Source: Eimeria praecox (Eukaryota). From it: a stretch of 64,000 nt of DNA. The stretch is from NCBI GenBank assembly GCA_963920595.1, contig OY986949.1:4526001-4590000 (forward strand). Direction: 5' to 3'. Below the pieces are notes generated by a model, which did no database searches, was not told where the DNA came from, and was given only the letters and a program-made list of their open reading frames with translations. A program made the translations under genes and the position numbers. Below, piece after piece: positions 25,289-64,000 of the stretch. Every line of letters starts with the position of its first letter. The first letter of the stretch is position 1.

Positions 25289-27332
25289 CAGAGAGAGACA
25301 GAGAGAGACAGAGAGAGACAGAGAGAGAGAGAGACAGAGGGAGATAGATAGAGAGATAACAGAAGCCATAGACACAGAAACAAGAGATAGATAGAGTTAT
25401 AAGAGACAGAGAGACAGAGACAATCAGAAGAGACAGAGACAGACTCAGGTAGAGACAGGAGACAGGAGACAGAGAAAACACACAAACAAACACAGGAAGC
25501 GAGACAGAGAGAGACAGAGAGAGACAGAGACAGAGAGAGCAACAGAGAGAGAGACAGAGACAGAGGCAGAGAGACAGACAGAGACAGAGACAGAGAGAGA
25601 CAGAGACAGAGAGAGACAGAGAGACACAGAGAGAGACAGAGAGAGAAAGAGACAGACAAACAGACCAAACAAGAAAGAAATAGATAAATAATAAAACACT
25701 GTCTACTTGAGGTGTACAGACAGACCATGTATCCCCACAATCAAATAATCTCCCATCTGCTTCGCTATCTTCAAAATCCTCACATGTCCAACTGAAGACA
25801 AACTCAGGTGTATAGGCAGCTAATTCAGGTGTATAGGCAGATAATTCAGGTGTATAGGCAGATAATTCAGGTGTATAGGCAGATAATTCAGGTGTATAGG
25901 CAGATAATTCAGGTGTATAGGCAGATAATTCAGGTGTATAGGCAGCTAATTCAGGTGTATAGGCAGATAATTCAGGTGTATAGGCAGATAATTCAGGTGT
26001 ATAGGCAGCTAATATCAATTCGTAACCCCCCAATTAACTCTTACAACCTCTAATTACCCCTCTCCCTCTCCCCCCTTCTCCCACTCCCCTCTCCCCCTTC
26101 TCCCTCTCCCTGTCTCTGTCTGCTGTCTCTGTCTCTGCTGTCTCTGTCTCTGCTGTCTCTGTCTCTGCTGTCTCTGTCTCTGCTGTCTCTGTCTCTGCTA
26201 CCTCTGTCTCTGCTATCTCTGTCTCTGCCGTCTCCTATCTCTGTCTCTGCTGTCTCCTACCTCTGTCTCTCCTATCTCTGTCTCTGCCGTCTCTTCTGTC
26301 TCTTCTGTCTCTTCTGTCTCTACTGTCTCTACTGTCTCTGCTGTGTGTGTCTCCTTAGCATACCATGTAGTACGTCGAACGATCCATCAACGTAAACGAT
26401 TCTGTCTCCTTTCTTCGGTCTTTTGGGGGCACCAATAAACTGTAGGAGGCGTTTGGAAGACATAAATAAAATGGGATTTGATGCTGCTGTCTCCTTCTCT
26501 CTTTCTCCTCTATCTTTATACACCGTAGATCCTGCAATTGCTGTTGGTGCTGCTGTTGCTGTTGCTGCTGTTGCTGCTGCTGCTGCTGCAGCAGCAGCAG
26601 AATGTGTTGTACCTGCTGCTGTTGCTGCTGCTGCTGCTGCATCATCAACCTCTTTACTATTCGTTCTAGCAGCAGCAGTATGTGCTGCTGCAGCAGCTGC
26701 TGCAGTTGTTGTTGTTGTTGCTGCTGCTGCAGCAGCAGCAGCAGCAGCAAGCCTTTCTGCATGCGCCGAGCTAAAATATTGGGATACAGGTATGGGGTCA
26801 ATTTGGGGTGTATAGGGAGATATGTGGGGTGCATTGTGGTGTGTCTGTATCGCAGCAGCATTAATTAATTTTCTAGTTATGTTTGTTGAACTAACACCTT
26901 CTGTCCTTCTAAATATTTTCAAACGCCCTGCTGCTCTTGGTCCCGCGTAGACATCAATCCCATCAACCCCACAAACGAAATCATCTCCATGTGCAGCAAC
27001 AGCACAATTTAGATTATCTAGCAGCTGTACAGACACCTCATAAGGGGCCCCTACAACGACCTCATCAACCCATTTACAGGAGGCTATAACCTCTGCTCTC
27101 TCTCTCTCATTATATATTGGTCTATGCCCCTTCGCCTCAAATACAGATCTATCGCTGTTTATACCTACAATTAATCTATCTCCTAATAATCTTGCTTGTC
27201 GTAGAGCATTCCAATGACCTGCATGCACTAAATCAAACACCCCATCAACATACACTCGACGATCCTTCGTACATAATCTATTCTTGGCTTTCTTATTATT
27301 CTTGTTATTATTGCTGCTGCTGCTGCTGCTGT

Positions 27333-27364
<32 letters not shown>

Positions 27365-27470
27365 TAGTAGCAGCAGCTTCCTGTTGCGTCTCCAAAGTTT
27401 GAGGGGAGAGCCTGGCCTGAGATATCATCGTAGATAAACATCAGAGGCTCACACGAAGAAGACCTTGTAT

Positions 27471-27512
<42 letters not shown>

Positions 27513-27521
27513 TGGCTGTTG

Positions 27522-27552
<31 letters not shown>

Positions 27553-27851
27553 TGAAGCAGAAGCTTCTGCCTCGTCGTCTGCTGTGCTTGCTGCTGTACT
27601 CGAACAGGATGTGCTCTGAGAGGCTTCTCCCCCCCCACTCTCAACTAAATCTTTTGAATCTAAACATGATTCAGCTTCTGCTGCTGCTGCTGCTGCTGCT
27701 GTTTCTGCTGCTGCTGCTGCTGCTGCTGCTGTTTCTGTTGATGTTGCTGTTGCTGCTGTTCCCGGTGCTGCTGTTAACGCTGCTGCTGCTGCAGCATCTG
27801 CTGCTTCTGCTGTTTCTGTTGCCTCTGTTGCTGCTGTTGCTTCTGCTGCTT

Positions 27852-27898
<47 letters not shown>

Positions 27899-28245
27899 AT
27901 TTGATTACTCTTTGTATTCGAATCAGCAGCAAGAAGGTGTGCCTTCAGGGCAGAAACATCTGCTGCTGCTGCTGCATGCAGCTGATCGCTACAGAGTTGA
28001 CAAGGGGAGACAGCAGCAGCAGCAGCAGATGTTGCTGCTGCTGCTGCTGCTGCTTCTGCTGCTGCAGCAGAAGAAGAACAACAGCAAAGGGCCTCTGACT
28101 TTGCTGCTGTAGAAGTATTTGTTTTATGTTTATACAGCAGAGATAACAGGGCTTCGTCTGCTGCAATTAGTTGATAGACTAATATCAGTCTATGCAAGTA
28201 GCAGGTGTCTATACACTCCGGAATTCGAGGAGACGATCCCACCAT
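23756..28245 (-). CDS. ECT: CTP:phosphoethanolamine cytidylyltransferase (ECT/PCYT2), two cytidylyltransferase domains, ~826 aa; exons 28245-26364, 25791-25726, 24927-24850, 24550-24166, 23825-23756
   Basis: Domain 1: RVYVDGVFDLVHAGH..GDRLIVG..ER..CKWVDEVV..AHGDD..RTEGVSST. Domain 2 (spliced): IVYVDGSFDVLHVGH..GDYLIVGIHDD..KG..FPVLNLNERALSVLALRMVDEVIIGAP..DPYRVPKELGIY. Junction phases are consistent. An alternative ATG at 28272 lies inside a TGCA repeat. Confidence 0.92.
25805..26012. repeat. 21-bp tandem repeat (caggtgtataggcagataatt) x10 in ECT intron 1
   Basis: Directly visible. A related 20-bp unit ggggtgtataggcaggtcct occurs at ~23190-23415. Confidence 0.9.
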
Positions 28246-29835
28246 CCCTGCTGATATACTGCATGCATGCATGCATGCAGAAGGGGGAGGAAGAGGCTAA
28301 GCCAGCCCCAAGAAAGAACAACGGGGCGTAGCAGCAAGACCAGCAGCAGCAGCAGCAGCAGCAGCAAGACTGCAGCAGCAGCAGCAGCAGCAGCAAGAAC
28401 AGCAGCAGCAGCAGCAAGACCGCAGCAGCAAAGAAGAAAAGATCAACTCCTACTGCATGCAGCCCTTTATAAGAATACTCTGATCCTGTAAACAAATAAT
28501 TATAATATTTTTATATACACAATTAGAAAAGAAGAAGAAGAAACGGTCTCAGGCCCCCGCCGCCCCCCAGGGCAGACAAGCAGCAAAGTCTGTGCTTTGC
28601 GGTGTATGTACACCTCAGATGAAGCAAAATTATATTATAAAATAAACAAAACCAAAGCCACAATTATTTGTCAAGACGATTAAGCAAACAATGAAACAAA
28701 ACCAACAATATAAAAATAACCTGCATATACACCTCACGGTGTATACGCAGCTTTAGGGCTGGCCTAGCGGCCGCCGGAGCAACCCATAAAAGATTTAGGG
28801 CTTTCTGTTGTTATTTTTCTTAGTTTTTTCTCCTTTAAAATATATAAATAATAAATAATAAATAATAATTAATAATAATAAATAATAATACACAACATTC
28901 AACAAAATTCTAAATAAAAACAATGCATGCAACCTCATCTGCTCGCAGGCTTACATTCAATCTTCACTGACAACCTCTTTAAGAGCTAACAAACTTTATT
29001 CTTTTTTATCTAATAATTCTTTTCTGTATTTTGGGGCTGCATGCATGTGTTCCTCCATGCATGCATGCATGCATGCATGCACAGCGAGGGGCCGCCGTTC
29101 AATAAACACTAACACTACTTAAGATTAAGAGAAAAACGAAGGGAGGGGTTTTAGTTGAAGGCCTCAGCAGCAGCTTTAGTGTGCTGCTCTGTAGCGCCCC
29201 ACACACTCCCCTGTGGGGCCCCCAGTGTATGCATGCATGCATGCATGCATGCGCGCATGCATGCATGCATGGGAAGGTTTCGGGGCTTTGACAGCAAAGC
29301 ACCATGCAGCTACACTCCTGTAAGCTAGAAAGCCAGCTAGCCACCCGTAGACAACTAGCCGTAGCTAGCTGCAGCTAGCTAGCCGTAGCTAGCTGCAGCT
29401 AGCTACCCGTAGGTAGCTGCTCTGCGTCTTTCTGTTGCTGGGGGGCCTGTGAGCCCCTCATCCTGTTCTCCTTCTTTAGGGTGAGGCCAACAGGATTAGG
29501 GTTTAGGGTTTAGGGTATGAGGGTTGTTAAGAATATAGGGAGAGACTGTTCTAGATATTGTGTGTCTCCTATGTCTCTTGTGTCTCCTCTCCTATTAGGG
29601 TTATATGGGGCCCCCATCCTATGAGGCAGTTGGGGGCCCCTGGGGTTTAGGGTTTAGACAGTTTAGGGTTAGGGTTTAGCTAAACCCTAGAGGGGGTGGG
29701 GGGCCCTAAGAAATCGAGGGCCCCCCTTTTTATAGTTAGCTGCAATTAAGGTCTTTGGGGTGTATGTATATACAACATACGCCATACAAATCACATATAT
29801 AATAGAATATATAGTATATAATATATATAAAATAT

Positions 29836-29890
<55 letters not shown>

Positions 29891-29895
29891 TAAGA

Positions 29896-36298
<6,403 letters not shown>

Positions 36299-36869
36299 CT
36301 TATCCTGCTGCTGCTGCTGCTGCTGCTGCTCTTGCTGCTGTTTTCGGGCTGCTCCTGCTGCTGTTCTTAGTGGTGTTGCTGCTGTTGCTGCTGTTGCTGC
36401 TGTTGATGCTGTTGCTGCTGTTGTTGCTGTTGTTGCTGTTGCTGCTTTATTGAAGGCAGGTGTTCTTTCTAGGCTTGCTGCTGCTGCTCCCGCTGCTGCT
36501 GCTGCTGCAGCTGCTGTTGCTGCTGTTGCTGTTGCTGCTGCTGTTAGTCGTCTTGCTGCTGCAGCTGCTGATAGACCTGCTGCTGCTGCTGCTGCTGCTG
36601 CTGCAGCAGCAGCAGCAGCAGCAGGTTTAAATAAACAAATTTATAGGGAGTCTGCTTCAGTCTTGGGGCTGTTGAACATAATAAACAGCAGCAGCAAGAG
36701 CCGGCGCCCCTACGTCTTGCATGCGCGAGTATGGAGGGGATAGTAGGGGTTATATGAGGCCCCTACAACAATATAAATTATATTTATTTGTGTAAATATA
36801 AACAAACTACAGAAAATAACAACAACTAGTTATTTTAATCCTGATTTAATAGCAGCAACAGCAGCAACA

Positions 36870-36905
<36 letters not shown>

Positions 36906-37208
36906 TTGGGGCTGTCTGCTGCTGCATGCGCATGCATGCAAAGACCTTCTTTGTTTGTTTTCTGTCTCTTTGTTAACAAACAAAGATATACTCAATATAA
37001 AAGTGTGTTTATAAATATAATATTATATTATATTTATTATATGACAGAGTGAGGGAGAGAAATAACAATAAACAAACACAAACAAACACAAACAAACAAA
37101 TATATCTAAAACAAACATAATAATTAATAATATTTTATTTTATTTATATCGCAAACAAACAAACAATTATATTATAACACAGCATACAAATCAAAAGAAA
37201 CCACAGGA

Positions 37209-39552
<2,344 letters not shown>

Positions 39553-40096
39553 GGATGAAAGCGAGGGAGGGGGTTTGCTGTAGAAGCGAAGACAGCACAA
39601 CAGCATTTATGATGCTGTCTCCTCCGGGTGTATGCACAGGGTCTCCTCCCTCACACTCAAATTAAACCCTAAACCCTAAACCCTAAACCCTAAACCCTAA
39701 ACCCTAAACCCTAAACCCTAAGTGTTGAATCTGTTATAGAGGGTTTTTCTGTGTTTTGTTGTTGTTGGTGTCTGTCTAGGGTGTATAGGCAGCTCCTGCT
39801 CTGTGTATGTTTGTTTATGACCTCAAAGACTGTTTAGAAAGTAGAAACATGATTTAAATAGATTAATTATATTTTAATAAATACAAAGACAGCAACGAAA
39901 ATATAAAAGCAACAAAGCCTGCAGCTAGCTGCTGTCGTCACACCGCAGTCAAGAGAGTTGTGGTTGCTTGTGTTTTATATATTTATATTTGTTTGTGTGT
40001 TTATTGTATTATTAATATGTTTATTAATATAATTAAGTACACATAATTAACCCATAAAGACATAAAGACAGACAGACACATCGCCGCATGCTAGAC

Positions 40097-40171
<75 letters not shown>

Positions 40172-40540
40172 AGTGGCACTCCAGTGGCCCCAGGGTGTCG
40201 CTTCAGAAGCAAATTTGAATATTTAAATATATTTAATAATGAATATAATGTGTTAACAATAATTATATTTAAAATAATTAATTTTATAATGCGATATAGC
40301 TGTATATACACCCCAGATGCCGCTGCAGACTAGCACTGTCTGATCTGAGCGGAGAGGCGGCGGCGGTGTCTAGGCAGCATTAAGAAACAGCAATAAAATT
40401 GTTTTATTATTAATTAATATTTAAATTAAACATAAAATTAATATTAAATTAATTAATATAATATAAAATAACAATAAAAAATATACAAGGAAGGGGAGGT
40501 TTCAAAGGGAGAGTGTGTCTGAGGCTCTCCAGAGCAGCAA

Positions 40541-40572
<32 letters not shown>

Positions 40573-40980
40573 GCAGCAACAAGAGCAGCAAGAGCAGCAA
40601 CAGCAGCAACAGCAGCAGCAATTGCTGCTGCTGTTGTTGCTGCATGCGATGACACACTTGTTGTATGTCTACATGTTATTATAATTTAAATATTTATAAT
40701 CTTGTCTTTTATTATATAATGGCTCTCGATTATACCTTCTCCTCCGAGCTGCCTATACACCTCAACATCCGAGCAGGAGACTGAGTAGTATCTTATATCG
40801 TATTTAGAGGCATTTGACTCTTCTCTTGCTGTAATACTTCAATATACTGTTGATTCTGAGGTGTACATACACCTGAATCTAGCATCCTTCTATTAATTAT
40901 TTCTTCATTCTCTCTCTTTAGAGAACACTACCTACATCTGTCTGAGCTCAGGAGCAGTGTCTCTCCTTGGGCGCCTGACC

Positions 40981-41012
<32 letters not shown>

Positions 41013-41113
41013 TGCAGTTGCTGCTGCTGCTGTTGCTGCTGCTGCTGTTGCTGCTGTCCTTCAGTCTTCACCGCTCCCACAGCAGCAGCAGCAAGAGCAA
41101 CAGCAGCACGCGT

Positions 41114-41150
<37 letters not shown>

Positions 41151-41280
41151 GCAGTAGCGACCATAGTACTAGTACTAGTAGTAGTAGTAGTAGTAGCAGC
41201 AGCAGCAGCAGCAGCAGCTCCGACGGCTGCAATCTTCCTTATGTCGTATTTGTGGCTAAGGGAGAAAGAAGGAGGTGCAA

Positions 41281-63523
<22,243 letters not shown>

Positions 63524-63548
63524 GTCCGTACACTACAATGCTGCTGCT

Positions 63549-63579
<31 letters not shown>

Positions 63580-64000
63580 TTGATGCTGCTGATGTTGCTG
63601 TTGCTGGTGTTGGTGCTGATGCTGCTGCTGTTGATGCTGCTGATGTTGCTGCTGCTGTTGCTGCTGCTGCTGTTGATGCTGCTGATGTTGCTGGTGTTGG
63701 TGCTGGTGCTGCTGTTGCTGCTGCTGTTGATGCTGCTGATGTTGGTGCTGATGCTGTTGATGTTGCTGCTGGTGCTGCTGCTGCTGCTGCTCCTGCTGCT
63801 ACACACTGGCAGCAGCTACAGCAGCACGTGTTGCTGTATCTGTTGCTGTTAGTACTACATTTGCTGTCTCTGTCTCTGTCTCTCTCTCTGTCTCTGTCTC
63901 TTTCTTCTTCTCTTAGAATATTTTTTAGTTATTTATTTTCATGTTATGTTTGTGTTATTTTTATTAGAGTGTTAGATATTTCTTGTTGTTTCTTTGTCTC

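Noticed and set aside
1240..28245. Phospholipid pathway cluster (methyltransferase as phosphoethanolamine methyltransferase plus ECT)
   Set aside because: The genes are ~20 kb apart with unrelated genes between them, and nothing in the methyltransferase sequence specifies that substrate.

Overview
Eukaryotic genomic DNA, almost certainly from an Eimeria (coccidian apicomplexan) repeat-rich segment. Signatures: CAG/CTG trinucleotide repeats encoding poly-A/Q/S in exons, intronic telomere-like (AAACCCT/TTTAGGG)n, and TGCATGCA and GGGGCCCC palindromes. I rebuilt spliced gene models by hand from GT-AG junctions, and the reading-frame phases are consistent across all junctions. The genes are: a single-exon class I SAM methyltransferase (+), a low-complexity hypothetical (-), a 10-exon rhoptry-kinase-like gene (-), a 5-exon two-domain ethanolamine-phosphate cytidylyltransferase (-), a 7-exon CstF-64/RNA15 orthologue (-), and a >2440-aa, >=24-exon multipass membrane protein with FN3-, C2-, Ig- and EF-hand-like segments (+, runs off the window). 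The most unusual observations are: introns carrying serial duplications of their own splice junctions (one interleaved with telomere-like repeats), an 80-bp tandem tRNA/B-box-like element, a dispersed GGTGTAYRTACASC quasi-palindrome that doubles as a splice acceptor, a family of TGTCTCC-seeded intronic minisatellites, and (TAGC)n arrays found near gene 5' ends. No searches were run; domain calls rest on visible motifs.
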